Assembly: GCA_963677595.1 (NCBI GenBank)
Contig: OY782041.1
Coordinates: forward strand, 2,720,001 to 2,784,000
Source of the DNA: Spirochaetia bacterium
Lineage (GTDB): Bacteria; Spirochaetota; Spirochaetia; CAKZLE01
Direction of reading: 5' to 3'
DNA length: 64,000 nucleotides
The number at the start of each line of letters is the position of its first letter. Position 1 is the stretch's first letter. This document shows positions 18,833 through 28,582 of the stretch, one piece after another. Both the position numbers and the translations under genes were made by a program. Under the pieces are notes generated by a model. That model was given only the letters and a program-made list of their open reading frames with translations. It was not told the DNA's origin and searched no databases.

Positions 18833-19009
18833 ATCGTACCTCCCGGTCTGGATTGTCTCTGTATCCTTACTATACAACCACCTGCAACAGAACGCAACAA
18901 CTATCATCTATGAGGATTTTCCCCATACATCTTGGCTGCCTCTTGACCGGAACCCGTATCGAAGCCATGATAGGACCTAGGCGGTAATACGAATAGGAGA
19001 GAAGATCGT

Positions 19010-20248
19010 ATGAAACAGACAATTCCGTACGGACAGGGCATGGTGGAAGTCACCCTGCCCGGGCAGACCGTGAGTATCGAGCCGAAGGATGTGCCGGAGT
19101 ATAATGAGCAGGCCGTCCTGGCAGAGGCGATGAAGAACCCTGTAGGCGCTGGAAGCATCGAGGAGTTCCTCGCAGAAGGGGAGAAGGTCCTCATCATCGT
19201 CAACGACGGGACCAGGCCGACACCGACCGGTGCAGTCATGGAGTCGCTGCTGCCGCTGCTCGAGGGAAAGGACGTCACCGTCATGGTCGCAACCGGGGTA
19301 CACCGCGGTGCGACCGATAAGGAGATGAAGCGGATCCTTGGGCCGACCTATGAGGCCCTGAAGGATACCGTGGTCTCCCATGATGCCCGCAAGGACGAGG
19401 AGATGGTCTACCTCGGGGTCAGCAAGAACGGGACCGAACTCGCCGTGAACAAGGCCGTCATGGAGTCGGACCGGATCATCGCGATCGGGTCGGTCGAACC
19501 CCACTATTTCGCCGGCTATACCGGGGGCAGGAAGGCGATCATGCCCGGGGTGGCGGCATTCCGGTCGATCGAGATGAACCATAAGAATGCCCTCGACCCA
19601 CGGGCCAAGGCCCTTGCCCTCGAGGGGAACCCGGTCCATGAGGATATGATCGACGTGCTCGAACTCCTCGAGGAGAAGCAGATCTATGCGATCATGACCG
19701 TCATGAACAAGCACCACAAGGTCTATGCTGCCACTGCGGGGGACATCACCGACTCGTTCTATGCCGCGATAGACAAGGCGAACGAGGTCTTCTGCGTGGA
19801 CTTGGAATCGAAGGCTGACATCGTCCTCACCGTGGCGAAACCCCCGATGGACATCGACCTCTACCAGTCCCAGAAGGCGATGGACAATGCGAAGCTTGCC
19901 CTCAAGGAGGGAGGCATCATGATCCTGGTCTCCTCCTGTGCCGACGGGGTGGGGGAGAAGGCCTTCTATGACCTCCTCTCCTCCTGCGATACCGCAGCAG
20001 AGGTCCTTGAGAAGATCAAGGGAGAGTATCGCCTCGGGTACCATAAGGCCGGGAAGATGGCGGAAGTCATCAACATGGCCGATATCTGGGTCGTGAGCGA
20101 CCTCACTGATGAGCTGTGGAGCAGCATCTTCATCAGGCAGTTTCCCTCCATACAGGAGGCGATCGATGCCGCACTGGAGCAGAAGGGGAAAGATGCCTCC
20201 TTCGTATTCATGCCTGACGGCTGCGTGACCGTCCCGAGACTCGCCTGA
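19010..20248 (+). CDS. larA: Nickel-pincer-dependent lactate racemase (LarA) family alpha-hydroxyacid racemase/epimerase
   Basis: IIVNDGTRPTP, ATGVHR, SHDA, EPHYFAGYTGGRKAIMPG, NH, GNPVHEDM, DLYQSQKA. Confidence 0.88.
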   Translation: MKQTIPYGQGMVEVTLPGQTVSIEPKDVPEYNEQAVLAEAMKNPVGAGSIEEFLAEGEKVLIIVNDGTRPTPTGAVMESLLPLLEGKDVTVMVATGVHRGATDKEMKRILGPTYEALKDTVVSHDARKDEEMVYLGVSKNGTELAVNKAVMESDRIIAIGSVEPHYFAGYTGGRKAIMPGVAAFRSIEMNHKNALDPRAKALALEGNPVHEDMIDVLELLEEKQIYAIMTVMNKHHKVYAATAGDITDSFYAAIDKANEVFCVDLESKADIVLTVAKPPMDIDLYQSQKAMDNAKLALKEGGIMILVSSCADGVGEKAFYDLLSSCDTAAEVLEKIKGEYRLGYHKAGKMAEVINMADIWVVSDLTDELWSSIFIRQFPSIQEAIDAALEQKGKDASFVFMPDGCVTVPRLA

Positions 20249-20265
20249 CCCTACTACTGCAAGAG

Positions 20266-20290
20266 CCCCTGCCTGGAAATGAGGCAGGGG
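20266..20290 (+). terminator. Hairpin after larA
   Basis: CCCCTGCCT-GGAAATG-AGGCAGGGG followed by TGTTCTCT. Confidence 0.55.
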
Positions 20291-20363
20291 TGTTCTCTCT
20301 AAGCTCGAATGGGGCTCACAGGTAATCCGGATAAAAAATCCTGACAAAAAATACATCTTTTTA

Positions 20364-20392
20364 TTGACAGGCGAACGAACCCTGTGTAAAAT
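20364..20392 (+). promoter_or_regulatory. Sigma70 promoter for TRAP operon
   Basis: TTGACA(20364-69)-17-TAAAAT(20387-92). Confidence 0.7.
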
Positions 20393-20406
20393 CTATTCAT
20401 GAAATA

Positions 20407-20422
20407 AAGAATACGTAGTCAT
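20407..20422. promoter_or_regulatory. Putative LacI-family operator 1
   Basis: AAGAATACGTAGTCAT, near-palindrome with central CG just downstream of the -10. Confidence 0.65.
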
Positions 20423-20545
20423 GCAGATACGTATATCACCTTATGAAAATCAATAGAATAGTATGTATATGGTTCATAATTACGTTAAAGATTATACTAT
20501 ATAAAGTAGATAGTCTCTAACTATGTAGAATATGTTTATCTATAG

Positions 20546-20561
20546 AAGATTACGTAGTCAT
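20546..20561. promoter_or_regulatory. Putative LacI-family operator 2
   Basis: AAGATTACGTAGTCAT, 15/16 identical to operator 1. Confidence 0.62.
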
Positions 20562-20636
20562 ATAGCTATGTGTTGTTTTTACCCTGTCCACCTGGTGGCC
20601 GGGATAAGAGATCAAAAAAGGAAAAAGGAGAGAATT

Positions 20637-21647
20637 GTGAAACGATTACGAGTAATTGCATTGATGATCTGTCTGGTACTTGTCTCTGTGTCAGTCTTTG
20701 CCGGCGGGCAGCAGGAAGATGGTGTGAAAGTCATACGAGCTGGGCATGGTCAGCCGGTTGGAACAGGCCTGCACCAGGGATTCGTCTATTTCAAGGAAGC
20801 TGTCGAGAAGAAATCAAACGGAAAGATCACCGTCGAGATATATGACAGTGGGCAGTTAGGTGGAGACCGGGAGTTGACCGAAGGGGTACAGCTCGGGAAT
20901 GTGACGATGACTGCAGTATCCGCAGCTAACCTTGGGACGTTCGCCAAGGAGTTCTATGTCCTTGATACCTATTTCATGTTCAGGGATAGAGAGCATGTCT
21001 ACAATGTCCTTGATGGTGCTGCAGGACAGATGATGCTTGACGGGCTTACTGAAAAGGAGATCAAGGGGCTTGGCTACTGGGAGAATGGATTCAGGCATCT
21101 GACGAACAGCAAGCATGCGGTCAATGAGACTGCAGATATGAAGGGGCTGAAGATCAGGGTCCCTGACAACCCAGTACAGATCGCTGCCTGGAACTCTGTA
21201 GGGGCCGGTCCTGCACCGATGGCATGGGGAGAGCTCTTCACCGCCCTTCAGCAGAAGGCGCTCGATGCCCAGGAATCGACACTGGAATCGATCCAGACGA
21301 TGAAGTTCTACGAAGTACAGCCCTACATGACCCTTACCGGTCATAAGTACAGCCCCTATGTCATCCTGATGGGAAAATCCTTCTATGAGGGCCTGACTGC
21401 TGAGGAGAAGAAGTGGGTTGACGAGGCTGTCCTCGAGTCCATCGACAAACAGCGGGCATTCGCCCAGGAGAATGAGAAGAAGGCGCTTGATGCGATCGCT
21501 GCTTCCGGCAAGACCGAGATCGGTGAGCTTACCAATGAGGCAAAGATGGAATTCAGGCAGAAGATGTCCACGATCTACAGTATGGTAGAGGAGAAGAGCG
21601 GGAAGGAGATGTTCGACCTCTTCGTCTCCGAAGTCGACAAGTATTAG
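20637..21647 (+). CDS. dctP: TRAP transporter substrate-binding protein
   Basis: GTG start after AAGGAGAG; signal peptide FAGGQQE; GQLGGDREL, YWENGFRH, GLKIRVP, ELFTALQQ. Confidence 0.92.
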   Translation: MKRLRVIALMICLVLVSVSVFAGGQQEDGVKVIRAGHGQPVGTGLHQGFVYFKEAVEKKSNGKITVEIYDSGQLGGDRELTEGVQLGNVTMTAVSAANLGTFAKEFYVLDTYFMFRDREHVYNVLDGAAGQMMLDGLTEKEIKGLGYWENGFRHLTNSKHAVNETADMKGLKIRVPDNPVQIAAWNSVGAGPAPMAWGELFTALQQKALDAQESTLESIQTMKFYEVQPYMTLTGHKYSPYVILMGKSFYEGLTAEEKKWVDEAVLESIDKQRAFAQENEKKALDAIAASGKTEIGELTNEAKMEFRQKMSTIYSMVEEKSGKEMFDLFVSEVDKY

Positions 21648-21666
21648 GACGCGACCAAATCGCGTA

Positions 21667-21693
21667 GGGGCTGTCTCTTCGGGAGACAGCCTC
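21667..21693 (+). other. Intercistronic hairpin after dctP (mRNA stabiliser or partial terminator)
   Basis: GGCTGTCTC-TTCGG-GAGACAGCC. Confidence 0.55.
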
Positions 21694-21715
21694 TTCGAAC
21701 ACAAGGCTGGTTATT

Positions 21716-22294
21716 ATGAAAGTTTTACGTTGGTTGGATGACTATTTCGAAGCAATTTTCCTGATCGTGACCCTGTTCAGCATGAGTATCATCATCGCGG
21801 TCCAGGTCTTCTTCCGGTATGTGCTGCTCAACTCGATCTCCTGGTCTGAAGAGATCGCACGGTACCTCTTCATCTACATGGTCTATTTCGGGATATCATA
21901 TGCGGTCAGGACGAACCGTCATATCAGGGTGGAAGTGGTCCTGAACATGCTGCCAGACCGCGGCCGCAAGATCCTGACGATCATTGCTGATATCTTCTTC
22001 ATGATCTTTGCAACAGTGGTAACCGTGAAATCAGGTGTCGTTGTTGGAACGATCAGCAGGTTGGGGCAGATCGCTGGTGTGACGGGGATCCCGATGGGGA
22101 TCATCTACAGTGCCGTACCGGTCGGATACGGAATGGTCGTCGTACGGCTCCTGCAGAACCTGTATCATAAGATAACCCATATCAACGCTCCGTATGAGGA
22201 GTTCATCCATAGGAAGAATCCCGGGGAACGTTCCGGGGTCGGTACGGAGACTGTCGATGAGGCAGTCGCTGAAGCAGCCGGCGCTGCAGAGTAG
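21716..22294 (+). CDS. dctQ: TRAP transporter small permease
   Basis: QVFFRYV, SWSEEIARYLFI, HIRVEV; four TM segments. Confidence 0.9.
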   Translation: MKVLRWLDDYFEAIFLIVTLFSMSIIIAVQVFFRYVLLNSISWSEEIARYLFIYMVYFGISYAVRTNRHIRVEVVLNMLPDRGRKILTIIADIFFMIFATVVTVKSGVVVGTISRLGQIAGVTGIPMGIIYSAVPVGYGMVVVRLLQNLYHKITHINAPYEEFIHRKNPGERSGVGTETVDEAVAEAAGAAE

Positions 22295-22303
22295 GAGAGT
22301 AGT

Positions 22304-23587
22304 ATGGCAACAGCACTTTTATTCGGGGGCTTCATCTTCTTTGCGGCAGTAAGTGTGCCGATAGGTATATCGCTTGGTATGGCCGTGATGCTGGTGATCA
22401 TTGCGACCGGGACGGTGGATCTCACGTTCATGGCCCAGGGACTGACAACCGCAATGGACTCCTTTCCGCTGATGGCGGCCCCCTTCTTCATCCTGGCCGG
22501 TGAGGTCATGGGCCGTGGAGGTATCTCGCGACGCCTGCTCAAGCTGGCAGATATCGCATTCGGCAGGTTCACGGGAGGCCTGGGGCTGGTGACCGTAGTC
22601 GCCTGCATGCTCTTTGCCGCTATATCAGGCACGGGTTCCGCCACCGTGGCCGCGATCGGATCGGTCATGGTACCCGAGATGCTCAAGAAGGGGTATAACA
22701 AGGGGTTCGCAGGAGGGCTGGTCGCATCCTCCGGTGCGATCGGGGCTATGATCCCCCCGAGTATCACGATGGTCATCTATTGTGTCACGGCAGGTGTCTC
22801 CATCACAGCGCTCTTCAGCGCCGGGATCATACCGGGGATCGTCATAGGGATCTCCCTGATCATCTATACGCTGATCTTCTCGAAGAAGAACGGTTATACC
22901 GGTTCTACGAAGCGGTATAGCGGCAAGGAGGTACTCGCATCAGTCAAGGAGGGCATCCCGGCCATCCTGATGCCGGTGATCATCCTCGGCGGGATCTATG
23001 GGGGCGTCTTCACCCCGACTGAAGCTGCTGCCGTGGCAGTAGTCTATGGGTTCATCGTCGCCTTGTTCGTCTATAAGGAGATATCCTTCAAGGATATCGG
23101 TGATATCGTGCTGAAATCAGCACTGATGACCTCTGTCATCCTGGTCATCATCGGGACGTCTGCAGGCTTCGGCAGGATCCTGGCCCTCGAACGCATCCCG
23201 CAGGTGATCGCAAATGCCATAGTCGGGTTCTCCTCGAGTAAGATCGTCATCCTGCTGCTGCTGAACCTGCTGCTGCTCTTCGTGGGAACCTTCATGGAGA
23301 CCCTGGCAGCCGTCATCATCCTGACTCCCATCCTGCTTCCTATCGTGACGAGCTTCGGGATGAGCCCTGTCCACTTCGGTGTCATGATGGTCATCAACCT
23401 GGCTATCGGGTTCGTGACCCCGCCGCTGGGAGCCAACCTCTTCGTGACCACCCAGATCATGGACATCACGTTCGAGGAGGTGTCGAAGGCGATCATACCA
23501 TTCATCATAACCATGGTGATAGCCCTGCTGTTCATCACCTTCGTCCCTGTCATATCGATGGGGCTGCCGACACTATTAGGATTCTGA
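22304..23587 (+). CDS. dctM: TRAP transporter large permease
   Basis: SFPLMAAPFFILAG, FAAISGTGSAT, IPPSI, GGVFTPTEAA, GFVTPPLG. Confidence 0.94.
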   Translation: MATALLFGGFIFFAAVSVPIGISLGMAVMLVIIATGTVDLTFMAQGLTTAMDSFPLMAAPFFILAGEVMGRGGISRRLLKLADIAFGRFTGGLGLVTVVACMLFAAISGTGSATVAAIGSVMVPEMLKKGYNKGFAGGLVASSGAIGAMIPPSITMVIYCVTAGVSITALFSAGIIPGIVIGISLIIYTLIFSKKNGYTGSTKRYSGKEVLASVKEGIPAILMPVIILGGIYGGVFTPTEAAAVAVVYGFIVALFVYKEISFKDIGDIVLKSALMTSVILVIIGTSAGFGRILALERIPQVIANAIVGFSSSKIVILLLLNLLLLFVGTFMETLAAVIILTPILLPIVTSFGMSPVHFGVMMVINLAIGFVTPPLGANLFVTTQIMDITFEEVSKAIIPFIITMVIALLFITFVPVISMGLPTLLGF

Positions 23588-23642
23588 TCCCAGGGGTAGT
23601 TATCCCCAGGATAGTATACATACCTTGATAACGTTGTTCATT

Positions 23643-23662
23643 TGCCGCCCGCGAGGGCGGCA
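23643..23662 (+). terminator. Hairpin after dctM
   Basis: TGCCGCCC-GCGA-GGGCGGCA followed by TCTTGTGTCTTT. Confidence 0.6.
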
Positions 23663-23826
23663 TCTTGTGTCTTTGGGTGTATAGCCGGGATCCTTTTGTC
23701 AGTATCCTGCATGAACCTCCAGCGGACGTACCAGGATCCCTAGGTTACAGTATGTAAAAAAAACTCCTTGAAGACAGGTAGAAGGCCCTGTATACTGCAT
23801 GATGATACCAAGTAAAAGGATATATC

Positions 23827-25295
23827 ATGAAACGTCTTGCGATCATACTTTCCCTGTTACTCACCCTCCTGTTCTCTTCCTGCCTCACCTCGACCCAGCT
23901 TGCACAGCAGGCCCTCTCCGAGGGCTCCTACCATGAAGCGGTCAGGCTCGCGCTGACCTCGCTGCAGGAGGATCCTGATGATGTAGAAGCCCTGCTGGCC
24001 TTGACGGAGGGCTGGGATACGGCGAACCGGCAGTGGAGGGAAGCTATCGAGACACTCCTTGCGGAAGCGACCCCGGAGGGGAGGGAACCTGCCCTCGGGT
24101 ACTACCGGGACCTTGCCGCCCTGCATGGCCTGGTACAGGAAGCCGGCGGCTACCGCCTCGACCCTGATCCTGACGCGGTGAACCGGGAGGCGGAAGAGGC
24201 CGCAGCCGATATCGCACGGCAGTATCTCGATGCAGGGTCAGCTGCCTCTATACGGAGACACGAGAAGGAGCCCGGAAAGCCGTCCCCCTGATCGGGAAGG
24301 CTTTCGGCCTGGACCCGGGGCTGGAGGATGAATTCACCTACCTCTACGAGCGGGCAGTTGAACAGGCAACCCTCCGGGTCCTGGTGTTCACCGGACCTGA
24401 CGCGAACTTCAGGCTCAATGGGATCCGGGTCGTTGCCCATATCGAGGACCTCCTTGACCGGCTGGAGTTCGTCGAGGCGGTACGCGTCCCGCAGCGGTAT
24501 GCAGCCCCGGTGGATGATGACCACCATGCAAAGGACTGGGCCAGGGGGCACGGAGCTGACGTGATGCTCCATATCGAGCTTGATACCACCTACTCATCAG
24601 GCCTCAAGACGGCGAGCGAGCCCCTGGCTTCAGTCCCCTGGACCAGGGATACGGCATGGCTGGAGGCTGAAGGCTCTTCAGACGTTCGCCTCGTGCTCAT
24701 CGACCTGTCCGATGACTCGGTCATCAGTGATACCACGATCGTATCAGCTCGAAGGCAGTCAGGTGATATCGTGCTCTCGGGTATCCACGGCACTACCAGG
24801 CAGGCAGTCCTTCAGCTGGGCGGTATGAGTGCTCCCCGTGAGCTTATCGTGCAGGCCGCTCCGGTGGGAATGAGCAGCCCGACGCTGGCTTACCATCTAA
24901 CCCGGACTGATGGGCTCGACCTCCCGTCCTGGGGGTTCGAGACCGGTGCGGACCCGCTGGTGGGCGAGCGGCTCGACCCGACTTCCTACAGCACCCTCGA
25001 GGGGCTCGAATCCTTCAGCCGGATCACCGGCCATGATTTCCTGCTCTTCGATGTGCTCGAGTTCGATCCCTACGGTGACGGTAACCTGACCTACCAGTAT
25101 GCCTATGCCCCGATGGGGGAGGGAGCTGACGGCTGCCTTGCAGCCTCAGTCTATGAACGGGAACTCTATTACGGGCTGCAGGAAGCCATGGAGTCCCGCG
25201 AGGTGCAGCAGGAGTTTGCAGAACGGTTCTTCACCACCTTCTATGAGACCTCGATCGGTAACGATGTGGTAAAGGCAATAGCCCCGCTCCTCTGA
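23827..25295 (+). pseudogene. TPR-like helical lipoprotein gene split by a single-base frameshift near 24246 (or sequencing error)
   Basis: Lipobox FSSC; ORF 23827-24291 joins the frame of 24384-25295 if one C is added (..AGSAA|LYTETREGARKAVPLIGKAFGLDP..). Confidence 0.65.
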
Positions 25296-25300
25296 TCGGG

Positions 25301-25339
25301 AGGCTGCATCCTTCGGAGACTCCGGGGAGGATGCAGCCT
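25301..25339. terminator. Long hairpin after lipoprotein gene
   Basis: AGGCTGCATCCT...AGGATGCAGCCT 12-bp arms with inner CGGA/TCCG stem. Confidence 0.6.
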
Positions 25340-25353
25340 GTCTCCTATACGAT

Positions 25354-25380
25354 ATGACTACGTATCTGAAATCGTATTCA
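25354..25380. promoter_or_regulatory. Putative LacI operator pair 3
   Basis: ATGACTACGTATCTGA overlapping TGAAATCGTATTCA; reverse complement carries TACGTAGTCAT as in sites 1 and 2. Confidence 0.5.
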
Positions 25381-25653
25381 GATGAAAGTAAGTATGACAA
25401 TACTCTGCAACTTATTGTATAATAACTAGTAACAATGTTCTTCGCAGCCATGCGAAGGTGACCGTGCATCATATGACAGGTTTTCTCGCTTCGGGGACGA
25501 TAGGCCGGGAATCGGTATGTGCAGGCTTGTCCCAAGTGTTTGTCCGAAATAAGAGGAATCTTCTAAATGCCTATATTATAATAAGTAATATATATTTCAC
25601 CGCGCTTTTTCCTGGTGGTTCACAGGAAGCTGGTAATTTCATCAAGAAAAATA

Positions 25654-25698
25654 TGGACAAGTAACAGGGAGGTATGTATAATAAGACTACGTAATCAT
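25654..25698 (+). promoter_or_regulatory. Promoter of catabolic operon with overlapping operator 4
   Basis: TGGACA(25654-59)-17-TATAAT(25677-82) immediately followed by AAGACTACGTAATCAT(25683-98). Confidence 0.72.
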
Positions 25699-25739
25699 TC
25701 TGAGTCAGAGGTGAATCACCTGACTCGACAACAATAGAG

Positions 25740-26813
25740 GTGACCATGGAACAGCCGACCGTATCATATACCGACCTGAACGAATACCTGACCCGGCTCT
25801 ATGAGGCTGCAGGGGTGCCGACAGCGGATGCCGCTGTCTGTGCGGACTGCACGGTGAAGACCAATCTCTGGGGAGTCGATTCCCATGGGGTGCTCCGTAC
25901 CCCCGATTACATCGAACGGCTCCTGAAGAAGGCCGTCAACCCTGAGCCTGATGTAAAGCTTGTCGCGAAGGCTGACGGGCCCTTCTCCCTGATGGACGGT
26001 GATGCCGGCATGGGCTATGTCGTTGGGACGAAGGCTATGGAGGCCGCGATGGAGAAAGCGGAGAAGTTCGGGATCGGGATCGTCCTCGTGAAGAACAGCA
26101 ACCACTTCGGGGCTGCCTCCCTCTTTACCCGGATGGCGGCAGAGAAGGGGATGCTCGGGATCGCGACGACTAACGTGAGGCCCAACATCGGGATGCCTGG
26201 GGGGAAGGCCCCGGTCACCGGGAACAACCCGCTGGCGCTCGCTGCCCCGATCGGGCAGCCGTACCCGTTCTCCCTCGATATCTCGATGAGTGCCGTATCA
26301 GGGGGGAAGATCCTGCTGGCGCAGAAGAAGGGCGAGAAGATCCCCACGACCTGGGCGATCGACAAGGACGGGAACCCGACCGACGACCCCTTCGCCGGGT
26401 TCGCCGGTATCCTGCTCCCTACCGGGATGCATAAGGGACTCGGGCTCTCCTTCTTCATCGACATCGTCACCGGCGTCATGAGCGGCGGCCCCTTCCTCCA
26501 GGATATCAAGAGCATGTACAAGGACGCCGATGAGCCATCGCTCACCTCACACCTTGTGTGTGCGATCGACCCGACCATGTTCCAGAGTCGCGAGGAGTAC
26601 GAGGCGAGCATGGAGAAGTGGGTCGGCATGATCAAGGCGACCCCGATGGCAGACCCCGAGGCGACGCAGATCATTCCCGGGGAGATCGAGTACATGCTCG
26701 AGAACAAGCGAAAGACGGAAGGGATCCCGGTCCCGCCCCAGTTGATGAAGGACCTTGCAGCCCTGGACGAGAGACTCGGAATCTCTTCAGGACTGACAGC
26801 AGATAACCAATAA
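25740..26813 (+). CDS. Ldh_2 (malate/L-lactate/sulfolactate/ureidoglycolate dehydrogenase) family oxidoreductase
   Basis: GVDSHGV, DG..GMG, SNHFGA, GNNPLA, LDISMS, HKGLGL, IPGE. Confidence 0.9.
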   Translation: MTMEQPTVSYTDLNEYLTRLYEAAGVPTADAAVCADCTVKTNLWGVDSHGVLRTPDYIERLLKKAVNPEPDVKLVAKADGPFSLMDGDAGMGYVVGTKAMEAAMEKAEKFGIGIVLVKNSNHFGAASLFTRMAAEKGMLGIATTNVRPNIGMPGGKAPVTGNNPLALAAPIGQPYPFSLDISMSAVSGGKILLAQKKGEKIPTTWAIDKDGNPTDDPFAGFAGILLPTGMHKGLGLSFFIDIVTGVMSGGPFLQDIKSMYKDADEPSLTSHLVCAIDPTMFQSREEYEASMEKWVGMIKATPMADPEATQIIPGEIEYMLENKRKTEGIPVPPQLMKDLAALDERLGISSGLTADNQ

Positions 26814-26837
26814 TTCAAAGATTGCAGGAGTATAGAG

Positions 26838-27752
26838 ATGAAGAAACAGACAGAGTTCAAGCTGAACAAGAGAGATTCCGTATGGTTCCAGGAGAACAGC
26901 GCCCATGTAGTCGTCAACTACGCGAAAGAGGTATGTGACGTGGCGATCCTCCCGCTTGGGGCGATCGAGCAGCATGCTGCCCATGCACCGACCGGGATGG
27001 ATACCTACAACGCCATCGGCATCGCGGAGAAGGTCGGCGAGGCTACCGGTGCGATGGTCCTTCCCTGCCCGATGTACGGCTCCCATCCCCACCACCACTG
27101 GGGCATGCAGGGAACCATCCCACTGACCTATGAGACCCATATCGGGCTGATCATGGATATCATCAGGGGTGCTTCCGTTGCCGGCTATAACAAGTTCATC
27201 ATCATCTCTGCTCACGGCCAGGTCTCATCGGTGATCGTCGCCACCCACAAGCTCGGGATCGAGGGACTCTTCACCATCTCCTCTACCTGGTATGACTTCC
27301 TCCGTGACGACAAGAACGTCCTCGAGGACTATATGTGGCATGCTGACGAGGCAGAGACCTCGGTCGGGCTCTACCTCTATCCCCAGTGGATCCAGATGGA
27401 CCTCGCCGAGGCAGGCGGCGGTACCCCGCTGATCGACTCCAAATGGAAGATCGCCCCGGGACAGGTATGTGGACCCGGTATGCTCTACCACTTCGAGGGA
27501 ACCTTCGCGCTTCCCGAGAAAGATGACCTGGAAAACGGTGTCATCGGTGACCCAACTAAGGCTACCCTCGAGAAGGGCGAGGCCTGTGTCGAGCGGGTCG
27601 TCGGCTACTATGCTGAACTCATCGAGGAGATCAAGACGAAGTTCCCCATCGGGATCAACCCCCTTGGCTTCAGGAACCCGGGCGGCTATGCGACATCTGC
27701 TGACATCGTATATGACAAAGATCACGACGAGAAAGGACAGCTGAAGAAATGA
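26838..27752 (+). CDS. Creatininase-family hydrolase, IolN (3-dehydro-scyllo-inosose hydrolase)-like
   Basis: ILPLGAIEQHAAHAP.G.D, GSHPHHHWGMQGTI, AHGQ (instead of GHGGN), HADEAETS, GVIGDPTKAT. Confidence 0.8.
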   Translation: MKKQTEFKLNKRDSVWFQENSAHVVVNYAKEVCDVAILPLGAIEQHAAHAPTGMDTYNAIGIAEKVGEATGAMVLPCPMYGSHPHHHWGMQGTIPLTYETHIGLIMDIIRGASVAGYNKFIIISAHGQVSSVIVATHKLGIEGLFTISSTWYDFLRDDKNVLEDYMWHADEAETSVGLYLYPQWIQMDLAEAGGGTPLIDSKWKIAPGQVCGPGMLYHFEGTFALPEKDDLENGVIGDPTKATLEKGEACVERVVGYYAELIEEIKTKFPIGINPLGFRNPGGYATSADIVYDKDHDEKGQLKK

Positions 27753-28582
27753 GACTGAAGGACAAAGTAGCGGTGATCACCGGCGGTACCAAGGGTATCG
27801 GGCTGGGGATCGCTATCGAGTTCGCGAAGGAGGGGGCGTCTGTCGTGATCGGCGGGCGCAACCCCGAGACCGGAGAGGAGGGGCTCGCAGAGCTCCTCGC
27901 CCTCGGCGGCGAGGCGATGTATGTTCCCTGCGACGTGGGGAACCTGGAGAGCCTGCAGAACATCATAGACAAGACCGTGGAACGGTTCGGCCGTGTCGAC
28001 ATCTACGTCTCCAATGCGGGGATCAACGACTCGCAGAAGACACCCTACCTGGAGATCACCCCCGAGCAGTACGACCGCATCATGGACGTGAACCTGCGGG
28101 GGATGTTCTTCGGGGACCAGTATGCGGCACGCGAGATGGTGAAGCAGGGGACCGGCGGGGCGATCATCAACATGTCCTCGGTCAACGCCTACCTGGCGCT
28201 CAACAGCCAGATGGTCTACACCACGAGCAAGGGCGGGGTACAGCAGCTGACGAAGGTACAGGCGGTGGACCTGGTCCCCTACGGGATCAAGGTGAACGCA
28301 CTTGCCCCGGGACCGATCGAGACCGAGCTCATGAGGCGGGTCGGGTCGGACAAGCAGCTGATGGACACGATCCTCTCCCGGACACCGATGGGACGGATCG
28401 GGACCCCGAAGGAGTGCGGGAGACTGGCAGTCTTCCTCGCATGCGAGGATTCCGACTTCATCATGGGACAGACGATCTACAACGACGGGGGACGAGGCTT
28501 CCAGGCCTTCCCGAACCCGGGCTACAAGACCGTTACCGACGAAGACTATGCACTGCTGCAGCAGATGAAAGAAGGCGAATGA
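27749..28582 (+). CDS. Short-chain dehydrogenase/reductase
   Basis: VAVITGGTKGIG, SNAG, NMSSV, YTTSKGG, VNALAPG, RTPMGRIG. Confidence 0.92.
   Translation: MRLKDKVAVITGGTKGIGLGIAIEFAKEGASVVIGGRNPETGEEGLAELLALGGEAMYVPCDVGNLESLQNIIDKTVERFGRVDIYVSNAGINDSQKTPYLEITPEQYDRIMDVNLRGMFFGDQYAAREMVKQGTGGAIINMSSVNAYLALNSQMVYTTSKGGVQQLTKVQAVDLVPYGIKVNALAPGPIETELMRRVGSDKQLMDTILSRTPMGRIGTPKECGRLAVFLACEDSDFIMGQTIYNDGGRGFQAFPNPGYKTVTDEDYALLQQMKEGE

Noticed and set aside
18840-19009. Possible ZTP or THF riboswitch upstream of fhs
   Set aside because: The region is accounted for by two divergent promoter-like elements, and no aptamer consensus could be recognised.
18977-20356. 459-aa minus-strand ORF
   Set aside because: Antisense shadow of larA.
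28414-28578. N-terminal extension of the isomerase ORF in the track
   Set aside because: Overlaps the SDR gene; the real start is the ATGA-coupled ATG at 28579 (or 28585).
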